DNA from: Octopus bimaculoides
Lineage: Eukaryota
DNA: 64,000 nucleotides
Assembly: GCF_001194135.2 (NCBI RefSeq)
Contig: NC_068989.1
Span: 61,375,295 to 61,439,294 of the forward strand
Reading direction: 5' to 3'
A program made the translations under genes and the position numbers. The notes beneath the pieces were generated by a model. That model ran no database searches. It worked only from the letters and a program-made list of their open reading frames with translations, and was not told the DNA's origin. Within the stretch, counting starts at the first letter, position 1; every line of letters starts with the position of its first letter. Shown piece by piece: positions 41,040 through 54,098 of this stretch.

Positions 41040-41400
41040 ACCAGACGAGGAGTATCACGGAATTTAAATATGCCAGAACGTCACTCGAATTGTTACAACT
41101 ATATTAAGCCATTGTTACTTCGACTTCGTTCCCCGCGTGCTACCTCGGCAATATCTCCCGTCTAACTCGTCACTACTTCTTTCATCGTCCATGTTGCGCT
41201 CAACTCCCTACGCGCTGCTTTATAGCCAACTTCTTTTGTATCCAGGACACTTGCTAGTGTTCCCTTCCTGCTCACAGCTAGATGATGGTGTTAATTTTCG
41301 ACATTTTAACCAGAATTATAGCAACATCAATCACATTGATCTCGCAAGAACGGTGACTCTTCATTCCCCCAGATTAAACATATAGATTGGTGATATCTGT
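41040..41400 (-). mobile_element. Highly degenerate LINE fragment (RTE-like, between endonuclease and RT)
   Basis: GC-richer block; minus translation includes AVSRK...EVGYKAARRE. Weak similarity only. Confidence 0.3.
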
Positions 41401-44129
41401 TATTATTCAGGTTTACATAGATGATGTTGTCAGCTTATTGGAATCTGCTTTCCTTTTCCAGTGGAAACCAGAAAACATTTAAGACATTATTAACAAAAAT
41501 TCCACGTACTCGAAGCAGTTACATGCACAAAGGAAAGAAATCTAAACTGTTTACATGAAATAAAGTTATAAACCTAACTAACAGCTGTTACTGTGATTAA
41601 GAGCCACGACTTGTACACTGTAAGTTTACTACTACTCTGAAAATACGTTATGATCATTGTTATTTCTCACATAACCAATTAAAGAACATGTTTGAAACTT
41701 CTTTCTCTCTTCCTGGCAAAACTCTCCAGGTTAGTGAATTTCAAAGAAAAGGCTTCGCTAAATAATAAGAGTCCGATGATATTACTTTGAAAAATAAAAC
41801 AAATGCTTAATTTACACCAATCTCCACAAAATGGAAGAAATGTTTGATAAATGAAATAAATTTTTACCCTGGCCTGGTATTATGTTTTAGGTGTATATTT
41901 ATGTTATTTATAAGTATTATCTTTATTCGATTCATAATATTTAATGTGTTTTTCTCTTGTTTATCTTTCGTGCATTGTTTGAGCTTTTGGTTTCATTTCT
42001 AAATAAAACTCGAATTTCACCAATTAATCTTTCAGTCGAATTTAATTAAAATGATATTAGATTTTTATCTGTTGGTCGATTGAATGCCAAAACAAAAAAT
42101 AATTCCTCTTGAAATAGCATTCTTCCTTCGGTTAACAAGCAGAAATTCTTTAATATAGCATTTTTTCTAAAAAAGGAAAGCTGCGCAAATACTTTATAAA
42201 TGATTGATAGCCCTTTACTGGAAAAATAATACGGTGCAATTGGTCTTTCCAGTGACAGGTGAAGCATTGCAACTAGCCTTGGAATTTCCAAATCGCAAGA
42301 GTAATTGTCCAATGTGAGAACTTGAATAAGTTTAACATATATCAAGGACTCGCAAAAAAGAAATTGAAATTAAAATCTGCTTGGTGATATGTAATTGAAT
42401 TTCCATCTTCTACCATGAAATATTGTTCTCCAACCGATACGAACAGCTGGAACAATTCCATTAAAAAATTTGTGAGAAACAAATAGAGTTTCAATATCAT
42501 TTTGAATTTAAACACAGTGGGGTAACAATGAGTTATAAAATATTCTTTTCTATAAAATCTGTTAAGAAAGTTATTATTATGGAAATAGCGAATATATGTT
42601 ACTCTACATATTACAAAATAGTACATATACATGTACATTTAAAACTAAATATTATCGAGTGTCTTGAACCAGAAGTGGTTAGGTTTATTAAATACAGAAT
42701 TAAGTATGTTCAATATTAAAGTGTTATTGATTCGTATATTAATATATTCGAAGCATTAAATGATGCGTTATTTGATTAGTATCTGTAGACAGAAAATATT
42801 GTTTTCACTGACATTTTCATATATATTGTGACGGATATCATAGCAAAACTACTGAACTGGTCGGTGACTAATCTGAAGAGTAAGAAAACGTATGATGTGA
42901 TAACCAAACAATTATTTTCATCCAGTTGTATGGAAGTAGTTTAGTACGTACAGCAGAGTCTAATACAGATTGGATTCGTTATCACACAGGCTGAAGGCTA
43001 ATGCAGTTGCTACTGAAAGTTCATAGAAACAAACGACTGAAAAATGTATTCATTGAAGATACTGGCCAGTAAACATCAGAATTAATATACTTATCTTTGA
43101 ATAGAATATTGCCTAGGTCACTTTTTGTAGTCGTACTGCTAAACAAGTAGGACAATCCCACAGAAGGAGTCAGTGAAGTGGTGAAATAAGATCTGTTTTC
43201 AGAATGCTCCATAAATTCATGATATGAATGTCCATGGCTTACACTATAAATTGTAAATGTAGATCTATCTGGACGTCTGTAGGGATTGTATGTATAGTGC
43301 TACCTAGATGTTATGCAGGTTCGCTTTTGGCGATGACAATGTCTTTGTGTCTTATATATCATATTAATGTATTTGAAAATAGTCTAGGTGGTGTGATGAT
43401 ATGGTGTAAACTCACGCCCAGATAATGTGAAGAGCGCTGCATTTTTTCTTTCGTACTTTCTACATAGAGAATTTAATAATTTTTGGCTTGGCGAAAAGTA
43501 GTATCTGTATGCTTTTGTTGATGACTTCTGTTTCACATATATTGCTCTTGTGAGTATTTTAAGTGCGTTTGTCAACTTTTATTTTATCGACCACTTGTGA
43601 CGTGAACATATTGCGCGGTACTTCAATTTTGTTAATGTGTATGAGTTTGAAGTCTTTGAATGATGCTTATAATACGGAGATTCACTGTTTGGTCTCTTAT
43701 TTTTGGTAACCCTAATGTGTTTGATTTCTGTTTACCTTAGTCCTGCCGAGGTTACTTTACTCTTTTGTCTTATCCAATTTCAAAATTAATATCTATCACT
43801 ATCTTTTCTCTATGCCACATATATACACGCATACACACGCTTACATCCCTGAACACTTGTGTGAAAAAGTATGAACATTTTTGTTCTGCAAGAGAGCGTC
43901 AGAGATGAAGCTAAATTAAGATTTATAGCTAAATTAAGATTTATAGCTAAATTAGTCATGTCTATCCATCCCTTATTTTACAAATCACCTTATAAGTAGC
44001 TACGTATTGAAACAACAAAAAGTAAGCTATTAAAATGCCTTTAACTGTTATATTTCTGAGGTCGAAAATAAATTGGCACAGAATGGAATAACCATTACAC
44101 CGCGTCATATATTATAAATTACACTTTTT

Positions 44130-45055
44130 TACCATTTACAGAGTGGGGATTTATTACAATGCGAAAAGTGGAGGGGAATTACCTTGCTTTCCATTCCAAG
44201 CCAAGTCCTTAGAAGAATCATCCTGGAGCGATTTAAAGATACCATTGACAAGCAACTCAGAGATGAGCAGGCAAGTTTCAGAAAGGAGAGATCATGCACG
44301 GACCAGACTGCGACGCTCAGAGTCATCGTGAAGCAGACAATGGAATGGCAAACGTCATACTATGTGTACTTCGTCGACTTTGAAAAAGCATTTGACAGCG
44401 TAAACAGGCAGACAATCTGTGACATCTTACGACATTGTGGTGTGCCAGAGAAAATCTTGGGCATTATTCGATTACTCTACGAGATGTTTTCTTGACGGGT
44501 CATCCATGCTGGGTCGGAGGAATTCAGGGTCAGCACAGGAGCCAGGCAGAGCTGTTTGTTGTCACCGCTCCTGTTCCTCGTCGTCCTGGACTGGGTCACC
44601 AGGACGGCCTACGCTACCTCCGGGAAAGGTATTCAGTGGACACTGATGAATGAGCTGGAGGACTTGGACTACGCAGATGATTTCCCGCTACTGTCACACC
44701 GCTTTCAAGATATGCAAGGTAAGGTAGACCAGCTGAGAGAAAGTTCACGGGGAGTGGGCTTGAGGATCAGCCAGGAAAAAACAAAAGTGCTGCCTATCAA
44801 CAACAAGCAGGAAGAGCCAATCATAATTAAGGGGGCATCCGTGGAGGATGTTAGTGAGTTTGTCTATCTTGGCAGCAACATCAGCAAATCAGGCTTGGCA
44901 AGCCTTCGCTATTCTTCGGCCGTTATGGAAGTCCACTGCCATCTCAACTCAAACTAAACTCTGCTTATTTAGTTCAAACGTAAACTCTTTGCTTTTGTAT
45001 GGCTCCGAAACATGGAGAGCCATTTGCAAAAACTACAAGAAGATCCAGACGGGAT
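44130..45055 (+). mobile_element. RTE-clade LINE reverse transcriptase fragment
   Basis: GITLLSIPSQVLRRIILER..LRDEQASFRKERSCTDQ..LRVI..FVDFEKAFDSV, then LSPLLFLVVLDW..LEDLDYADD (YADD at 44670-44681) ..KTKV..FVYLGS..FSSNVNSLLLYGSETW, with a few frameshifts and deletions. Ends at a (TA)n tract. Confidence 0.95.
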
Positions 45056-45076
45056 TTATGCGTGTGTATGTATGTA

Positions 45077-45118
<42 letters not shown>

Positions 45119-48100
45119 ATATATATGTATGTATCATATATCTGCGTACACACGCATTTGCATTTATGGAAAATATACATTTATATAGACACACGCACAC
45201 ACACACGCACCCACACACACACGCACCCACACACACATTTATAAAGAATAGTTTTTTTATAATTTTAAGCCTAATAACTTGCTTTAATAACAAGACATTA
45301 TACTAGAGGTATTCGTTTTTAGAAGCCAATGCTCTCTCATATACACATCCTTACTTAATCAATTTCCTATTTCCAATTGCGCAGAGTCTGCTTTCGTATA
45401 TCATTGCTTTTTGCATTCAGCAAAATATAACGTATCAAATAACGAAAGCAAATGTATTAACGGTGAATATTTTATGCATTTGAGACATTTTAACATCCTA
45501 ATATATAGATTAGTAGCAATTAGTGGTATTCCACTGAGAACTAATAGATTTTGTCACTTTTTCTGATTTCACCTAACGTGGGATTGATATCAATAATTTC
45601 ATTTATCCACATCCATATATTCATTAAGACACCGAGTTATCAGCTATATTAGTATCTTAACTTACACAAATGTTCATATATAAATTTTCATCTATACTTT
45701 TTCCGTGGTTTATATCTAAAGCAATCTACTTTCAAATAATTATCAACGAATATGGCCGTATTTATGATCGCCTGCAGTAATATATTATCCTCTGTCGTTA
45801 TCTCAACTCTATTTATATCAGATACATTCAACTTATCACACTGTAGTTATTAATTCAACGTTTCATATTTGTACAAATGGTCATTAATAGGAATTTCATT
45901 TCATTGGAACTGTTCAAGTTGACATAGTAGTTTTGTGATCGATAGAGTCTTTATAGACGTTTGGCCTTTGATTCTGACCGATATATATATACAACACAAT
46001 GGAATGTATGCATTATCTCTTACACTTTCCTAATATTGTGCATTTAAAGTTTGTATTCTCTAGATTTCAATATTTTCCTCTAGAAATATATTGCTAAGAT
46101 TTTGTCCTGATCAGTATATAGATTTCTCTTTCACATAGAGATTAGGTATACAGTTTAGTATGATGTGTGTCAACATTCATCTTCCCAGCTTTATTGAATA
46201 TTGGTCTCAAAGGAGATTAATTTTTAAACTGACCTAAACTGACTTTATACCGCTTGGCTGTTATTAATTCACTCTCTCACTTGTTACATTTACTAATATA
46301 TTCAAATTGCTATGCTTCTAAGTGTTGATGCATATTGATGATTTATTTCGTATTGTGTCTTTTGATGCACTATGGAGACGTTACATACCCTTTAGACAAA
46401 ACATTTTACTAAGCGTTTTGCAGAATGTGTGTTTATAATGAATATATGCAGTTTAATGTACATTTTTTCTGTTCGTCTGCCTCATTGTCTGTCTCTGTGT
46501 ATGTATATACACAACACACGCGCGCGCACACGCACACACACACACGCTCACACACACATATATATAGACTCACATACACACATACACACGCGTATATGTA
46601 AGGGTGTATTGTATAGGCTTTCGTGGTGTTCTACCTTCGTAACCATATCATGTGTCCTAAATTGCTAAAAAAAAAGATTTGGACAAAGCACTAGTTTCCC
46701 TAGGAATAAGTAACTGGTTTAAGGCTACAAGAAATAGGCTGCACCTAAAGCTACGTTCATCTGGCGAGGTAAAATAAAGACAGTCCATTGCGTATGAGAC
46801 ATCACTCTCTCAGATCACAGTAACTTGAGCATCATAACAAGCGGATGAACAAAATAAATATCAAAGTTCTGATATGACAGCTAAATGTGTAGGACAGCTA
46901 AATGTGTCGCATAAAGGTATGACAGCTAAATGAGTGTCACATAAAGACAATATTTAGATGTAAAAGAACTTGTCATCAGGGTTGATGTAACAGATTGCAA
47001 AAATTGGACTATAAACAGCATTTTAATATATTAAACAGCGTATTAATATAACGGAAAAGTAATGGAGTTCCCTTTTCCCAGATCCCAGTAACTAATTCCT
47101 GGTACCAACTAACCGGGAAAAAAGCTAACGCGTACTTGAGTTGTTCACGAGATGATGATGGTAATAAAAACGATAACTGTACATCACTGACATTTAGCGT
47201 TGATCTGAAAACTAGGAATAGGAAGTTGGCCTACAAATTTTGAAAACAACAAGTTTGAATTAGCCAGTAAACTGTCACTACCTTAAGCAATAAATAAGAA
47301 TATATGAGTATTGAAATGGTATGATCTAAACCTATATGTACAAATTATATTAGACTTGTACGAAAAAATCACTCAACGTTTCATTTAATCGAAAAACGCA
47401 ATAGGAAAGTATTGGGAAATACATTGTATATTGTTAACTACATAGTCGGAAGATTAATCTGATACTTGAAAATCTGAAATACATTGATAATGGTGACACT
47501 GAAAATTCCTTCCGTATCAACATCATTTAGAATAGTTACTGGGGCCTGGGAACGACGCACACCAACAATCCCAAACTGTAATAACCCATACGAAAACTAA
47601 ATAAACCACAATTTTTTTCCGCAAAGAAAACCGTGGCAATTTGGTATAAGAGACAATAATTATGGGGTGATTACTTTACCCAAAGTTCGTAGTTGTCGCT
47701 AATGCTCTGTTCCTGCTACAGTCGACAATGTTATACATGGAGACGAGATAGTTGGAAATCATAAAATATCAGCTTGGTTATACACTGATAAAACAATATT
47801 TTGAAGACCATGGAACTTGCAAAAACAGGCCCTTCAGCAGAGTCTATATCTGAGAGATGAGTAACAAATCAAGGCTAAGAAAATGAGAATAGTTGAATAG
47901 GATAGTAATTAACTATAATTTTGTTTATAATAGATAATACAAACATAATTATATTGTGGAAAAACGAAACTAGATAACTGCACAATGGAAATGAAATAGA
48001 CGAACCATTTAATTGAGGAGATATTTAGAGAAAACTGCAACACAAATAAACAGATGAATGAAAGAAAGAGTGAAAATAGCTCCATAATTAAATACACCAA

Positions 48101-48173
48101 ATCTTAATGTAGAGAAAAACATAATTGTTTAGAACATCAATACCTCAATTCCCTGTCCTCATCTTGTTTGTTG

Positions 48174-48223
48174 TTAACACAACGTTTTAGCTGATATACC
48201 CTCCAGCCTTTATCAGGTGTCTT
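48174..48223 (-). ncRNA. Decayed minimal hammerhead ribozyme, copy 2
   Basis: Minus strand GACAC CTGATAA A GGCTG-gagggtatat-CAGCT AAAAC GTT GTGTT; two core G-to-A changes. Confidence 0.6.
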
Positions 48224-48323
48224 GAGGAAATTTCGAACCTGGGTTCTCATTCCTAAGGTATTTTTTGATGTAATTATTATTATTATTAGTAGTAGTAGTT
48301 GTTGTAGTTGTAGTAGTATTTAG

Positions 48324-48395
48324 GTCACTGCCTGGAATCAAACTCGGAATCTTGGGGTTACTAGCCCGCGTTCTTAACCACTACGCCATATGCCC
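48324..48395 (-). promoter_or_regulatory. tRNA-like internal Pol III promoter inside the PLE terminal repeat
   Basis: GGGCATA TGGCGTAGTGG TTAAGAACGCGGGCTAGTAACCCCAAGATTCC GAGTTTGATTCC AGG (A-box and B-box at tRNA spacing). Confidence 0.7.
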
Positions 48396-49196
48396 GTGGG
48401 CAATTATGGAGTGAATTTTAGGGCTTATAAATCAAATATTTTCATACCCCTCCTTGATACCGGTTCCCATATGGTATTCATATCTGCACTCGGTCTGCTT
48501 AGGAGGTTGTTGTCTCCTAGCATATGTGCTGCTTCTTTGACTTTTCGTATTTTCCAGTGGTGTTCTCTGTCTATTGTTTTAACTTCATCCCACAGGGGAG
48601 ATGGTCTCCATTTTTCCATACATGATCAGCTATACTCGATTTTCAATATCCCCTCGTGTCACAACTTTGCGATGTTAGTCTACTCTTATTTTGAGGGGAG
48701 GCATGTTTCGCTTTTCTATAACCTACCACAGCTGCATGGGACGGAGTACAAGGAGTCCTTGGTCATATTCTCTTCTAGTGGTGCTTTTACTCGAAGGAGA
48801 TATTTGCGAAGTGTTGTATTACTCCTGAGGTCATATGGGCCGCATATCTTTTGTATCTTTCGGAGAGGCCTTTGACATAGGGTAGACAGACTGTGAACCG
48901 TATATTGATTTCATCCTCTCTTTTCTTCATAATTGGAGTGGTTAGTGTGTCTTATGGGTAGTTGTTGCTTAATAGATTGTTACTGAGCCCGATGATTTCT
49001 TTGTGGTGGGTATCACGACCGCTACTTATATTCTTTGCTCGAAGTTTTAGGAACTGAGCAACCCCTCTCTTTACACAGTATGGATGGTTGGAATTGAATT
49101 GGGTTCAGATATAATTAGCATATGGGAACCGGTATTAAGGAAGGGTATGAAAATATTAGATTTATAAGCCCTAAAAGTCATTCCATAATTGCCCAC

Positions 49197-49268
49197 GGGC
49201 ATGTGACGTAGTGGTTAAGAGCGCGGGCTACAAACACCAAGATTCCGAGTTCGATTCCAGGCAGCGAA
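49197..49268 (+). promoter_or_regulatory. tRNA-like internal Pol III promoter inside the PLE terminal repeat (inverted copy)
   Basis: GGGCATG TGACGTAGTGG TTAAGAGCGCGGGCTACAAACACCAAGATTCC GAGTTCGATTCC AGG. Confidence 0.7.
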
Positions 49269-49303
<35 letters not shown>

Positions 49304-49365
49304 CAACAACAAGAACACCATCGACAAATACCTTTGGAATGAGAACCCAGGTTGGAAATTTCCCC

Positions 49366-49415
49366 AAGACACCTAATGAATGTTGGAGGCTATATCAACC
49401 GAAACATTGTATTAA
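49366..49415 (+). ncRNA. Decayed minimal hammerhead ribozyme, copy 3
   Basis: GACAC CTAATGA A TGTTG-gaggctatat-CAACC GAAAC ATT GTATT; GAAAC intact, CTGATGA mutated to CTAATGA. Confidence 0.6.
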
Positions 49416-49559
49416 CAACAAACAAGATGAGGACAAATATCCGTGAAATGTAGTAATGAAACTAATCGAAAAATACCTATTAATCGGGACAAATAGCAAG
49501 TAAATGGCTTAAATATATACAAGAACATAGCAATGATGAAAACAGAACATTTTTTTTTC

Positions 49560-50620
49560 CATTTTCAAAGTTACAAATGGAAAGAAGTCAATGGAAAGTG
49601 GAAAAATGACTGCATCAGGTGAAATATTAAAAGAAGCATAAAGTAACTTAAATGGACTCATGCAAGATTTAATAACAATTTATACAATGCAATATGTGAG
49701 AGCAGATATGTAACCACTGACGAAAGGCAAACTATTATCTTTACATTATCAAAGATTTAAAAATTCTCAAAACTGGAAACATAAACATATTTTACCACTA
49801 AGACTGATATAACAAAAAAAAAATTACAGCAAAATAAACGATAAAACTAATAAAATATAGAATAATTTACATCAGGAATTTTAAATTGTGAAGCAATTTT
49901 AAAGTTAAGAATATATATATTAAAAAATGGATATGAATTAATATTCTTATATATAATCTATCGACTTGACGCAGCGAATCATGCGAAAATATCAGAGATT
50001 TTATTAAATATTGTACTGTTTTATAAGATCTCCAAAAACAGAAAAACATAAGAGATTGTGGAACAAGACAGTGCTGAATGATAAGAAACCTTTTTATTTG
50101 AAACTAAGTAAGGATTCATGCAAAAGTATACATATTCTAACCTGCTTAATCTACACAATGACATCACCGGAGATGTACCAGTAGAAATTATGAACTTAAG
50201 AAAGACAATTGCAGCTAAATTTCAACGGAGATGATCTAAAATTTAACTACAGCAAATGATAAATTTATATCATTAAGAGTGGAGATCAAAGGAAAATAAC
50301 ATATGATTATAAGTAAAAAAAAAAAAACAAAAAAAAACAGCACCTATACAGAAATGCTTCAATGGAGAGGAAATCAATTGAATAGACAGCCCCAAAATGT
50401 GATTGGAAAATATACAATCAGAAGTACAGAAGTGTAAAGCAGACATGGAACGAAGTATTAAGGTAGCTAAAAAGCTTGTTATTTTGCGCATTATCAAGAC
50501 TGAAGCTGGAACATATTAATATTTGCAAATATGTTATCAAAAACATTTTCAGATTTTAAATTGTGCAGATAAAGACTTTTGAGAATATAACCGACAAAAT
50601 ACAAACTAATGGACTATTTA
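49560..50620 (+). mobile_element. Very old RTE-like LINE remnant
   Basis: A-rich coding-like strand bias; NGEEIN*IDSPKM...CKADMERSIKVAK near 50360-50470 resembles GEEIEQV..FKYLG..C..EI..RI..AK. Confidence 0.35.
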
Positions 50621-53479
50621 GCATAGGAAAGAAAGAAAATATTTACTTGACTTAAAATGACTTTTAAGTTAGTTATGGCCTAAACCAATCTCTTGCCAAA
50701 ATACTTCGCTAAGTTATCATCAGAGAGACAAAACCATGAACGACATAGATACATTACTACTATTCCCACTACACGATAAATAACCAACTGAGAAATATTA
50801 AATAACTTCAGATAGGATACAAAAAAAGACTTACCTGCGCTGTCAATATATGACAAAAGGAATGTTACAGCAAAAGAGGAAATTCAAAAGCTAAGTTTCC
50901 CGTTATTAAAATGCTATGAATATATAGAGACAGCATGAGAAATAAGATTTTGACCGATGGTTCTTAGAGTATCGAGAGCAGGTGACACTTTATGTTGATG
51001 TAATAGAAATAGACTATTAAATGCATAGAGAAAAAGGTAGCAAAACAGGAAAGTGGATAGTATACATTTGATTTTGAGTCATCTTGGTTCCAAATATTAG
51101 TTCCAATTATTTTTTGATACTACGGACATGCACACTCACATTACTATTTTAGGTATTTTGTTTTTTGTATCACGCATCAAGATATAAAAGTTAAGTTGGT
51201 ACCTGTTATCCCAAATGTGTTTGTATCAACACTAATATATATGCGCTCGTGTGAGTGCGTGTATTGATATATACATGCCTGTATATAAATGTGTACAAAT
51301 TCTTCGTTGACCACATGGATATGTTCAAGGGGTTCAATTATGTATCATGCCAAAATGAGTAGCTTTCTAGTGGAAGTGATGACGTAGCCCTTAGGAATAA
51401 ATTCGGCTGAGATGCAGGAGAAGGCAGTCTTCAAGTAAAACCAGAGTACCTAAAGCCTCCTTGAGTCTTCCACAGGGACTCGTAGAATTCCAATCGCAAA
51501 TATATTGCATCCTGTCCCACATGCACAGACATGGACGCAATAGCCCCAGTCAGCAGAGGTATAAACAACAGTGTTTAGATAAGTATGAGCAACACATCTT
51601 CAGCAATATTACTAGGACAGATGTACACTAGTGGCGAACGGCTAAATCCGTTATGTCGCAAATAATTTTAAATAGACATTTAAAATTATTGTTTGGTTTT
51701 TACAACGGAAAAAAATATAGGAGCGTGCTACATTTTATCGACAGACCAGGGGTAATCTTTCTGGGTCAATTCATTTGGAGCGAGTGCGCGTTTTCTGTAC
51801 TACAGCAATCTTATTTTTGCTAGCACTATCATCCTTAAACTTGAAATTTTCTTTTTATACTGAACATGTAAACGCACTTCAAAATAGTTGAATGCATGTT
51901 GCAATATTTAGCTTTCCTATATGAAAAAAAATAATACATAAAATTTCGGAGATATTACTGAAGTAAAAACATTTGCCATAAATTAGATACTCGAAACACA
52001 CATCTTTCTTTAGATAATATCAGAACTATGTGTGAAACTGATAGCCACGCATACCTTGCACACCTTTCCAAAAGTATCGTGTATGCCTACGTGGCACCCG
52101 ACTACAACACTTGCCATGGTAGTAATTCAAAATTAAAAGAAATTAAAAAAAAAAGTCTAAATAAAAGATAAAGGAGAAACGTTAATATTATGAGGACCAT
52201 ACATTACTTTTTAACGTAATAAAGAATATTTTCTTCAGAAAACCAAATTTGGATTCATAAATCCACGAACATGTAAGTTAAGCAGATTCCATAATGTATA
52301 TACGTGTCTGTAAAGATGTAAGCACGTATGCTTGTGTGTATTTATGCAAATAAAATTTCAAGCGCTACACTATGAATCATGTAACAATATACAATATAAA
52401 TGAATTGCGATGAAAGGATTTGCAATACACGACCAAGAAATCTTGTGTGTTCTGGGAAATATGTACAACGTCTTATGCGCAATTTATGAAAATAATACAA
52501 ATAAACGAAATCACATTATTAAAGACGTATTCTCTGTGATACAATTCTTTTCAATAGGTATAGATATGAACTATTTTACTTAGAAGACGTCTACTGGACA
52601 TGATTAAAATCAAAATATCTACACAAAGGATGTAGCAGACTTTCCATGGGTAGTTGTTGAAATTTTGAAGCCACTAACCTTTAACTAAAGAGATGAGAGA
52701 TAAGTAATTATCTCTTCGTGTAAATTCAGCAGCTCTGTGTCAAAAGCACTGCCGCTATACAGAAATGAAAACGGAATATTGCAGCAAGAGGGATTCCGTT
52801 TGTATGAGGAAAAGCTCTTTCTAAAGCACAGCCTTTATATCAGGATGAAAATAAATCATTGCAACCACACGAGTTACGTTTCGAAGATGTGAGGCCTAAG
52901 ACGTTCTAGATCGAACATTAAAGAATTTGTCACGTATGGATATTAATACTTGCAAAACATCTGTCCGACTGCGAATAATATCTGTTGATAGAAAATTTAA
53001 GCAGGAATTGCAGGTGATTCGTGAAAGACAAGCATATAGTCGTGAAAGACAAACACATAATACTCAAATATGAGCCTGTGGACCAAATACACTTATATGT
53101 GTGCATATATATGTAGAGAAAGAAAGGGATATAGAAATAGAGAGGAATGTGTTAAGTTGACAGGCATTGATCATAAATATGATTTCTAACATCAAGAGAA
53201 GTAATTTTACCCGAGAATATACCATGATTAAAGTGAACAAATACTATTGCAGATGTCTTTGTGAAACAAACTGAGATGAAAAAGCGGGATATATCTGAAG
53301 CGCGAACGAGTGGTTATGAGTGCGCGTGCGTATTTGCATGTGTACGCGTCCGAGCACACACACACATGCAAACAAATGCACACACATACACACACACACA
53401 TTTTATGTCAAAGAATCACAATATCGACCAGACTATCTGACATTGCTACATATGGCTGGTTACAATGTGTTAATCATTG

Positions 53480-53700
53480 ATTTTTATCTTTGGAGTGACG
53501 CCTTCCAGCTGGCTCGGCGAGCAGGCCAACATTATCCCTAAACGTAAGTCTATTCCGTCAAAGGATAACTCTTTCAGGTTATGTAGACTGTAAAAACGTG
53601 AAATGAAGTATTTTGTTGAAGAACGCATTGCTCCACACTGTCCAGGAATCGAACACATGATGTAGCGATCGCATATCAACAGCGTAATCACTACGCCACA
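53480..53700 (-). mobile_element. tRNA-derived CORE-SINE
   Basis: Reverse complement starts gtggcgtagtgattacgctgttg...tgttcgattcctggacagtgtggagc...ttcttcaacaaaatacttcatttcacgtt; homologous to 57680-57895. Confidence 0.75.
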
Positions 53701-53722
53701 CACATTCACACACACACACACA

Positions 53723-53761
<39 letters not shown>

Positions 53762-54054
53762 CTCTCCAATCTTATTTTAATTGTTTAATACTACACATAT
53801 GGGCCTGCATACGTGTACGTGTGCGGATGTATGTGCATATGTATATGCATATAGATATATATGTGTGTGTGCGCGTGAGTGCATGTACGTGTGTCTACGT
53901 GTGCATATGTGCGTGTATATGTTCGCACGTGTATGCGTATATGCCTGTATTTACGGGTATGCGTGTGTGTGCATATATATATATTTATAAATATATGTGT
54001 GTGCAAGTGTATATCTATGATTGTATGTGCGCTGATGGGTGTATATGTATGTGC

Positions 54055-54098
<44 letters not shown>

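Larger units (their letters stand above)
48154..49434 (-). mobile_element. 5'-truncated Penelope-like element (RT thumb plus GIY-YIG endonuclease) with inverted terminal (pseudo-LTR) repeats
   Basis: Minus strand: LNPNSNHPYCVKRGVAQFLKLRA, VCLPYVKGLSE, LYSVPCSCGRL*KSETC..PLKIRV..HRK (GIY-YIG-like), WDEVKTIDREHHWKIRKVKEAAH (ORF 48425-48619). Arms 48154-48473 and 49119-49434 are inverted homologues. Confidence 0.92.

Noticed and set aside
48390-48875. 161 aa plus-strand ORF
   Set aside because: Antisense to the Penelope GIY-YIG coding region.
48324-49268. tRNA-like sequences (also 9726-9784 and SINE heads) as functional tRNA genes
   Set aside because: A and B boxes are present, but acceptor and anticodon stems do not pair cleanly, and all lie within repeats.
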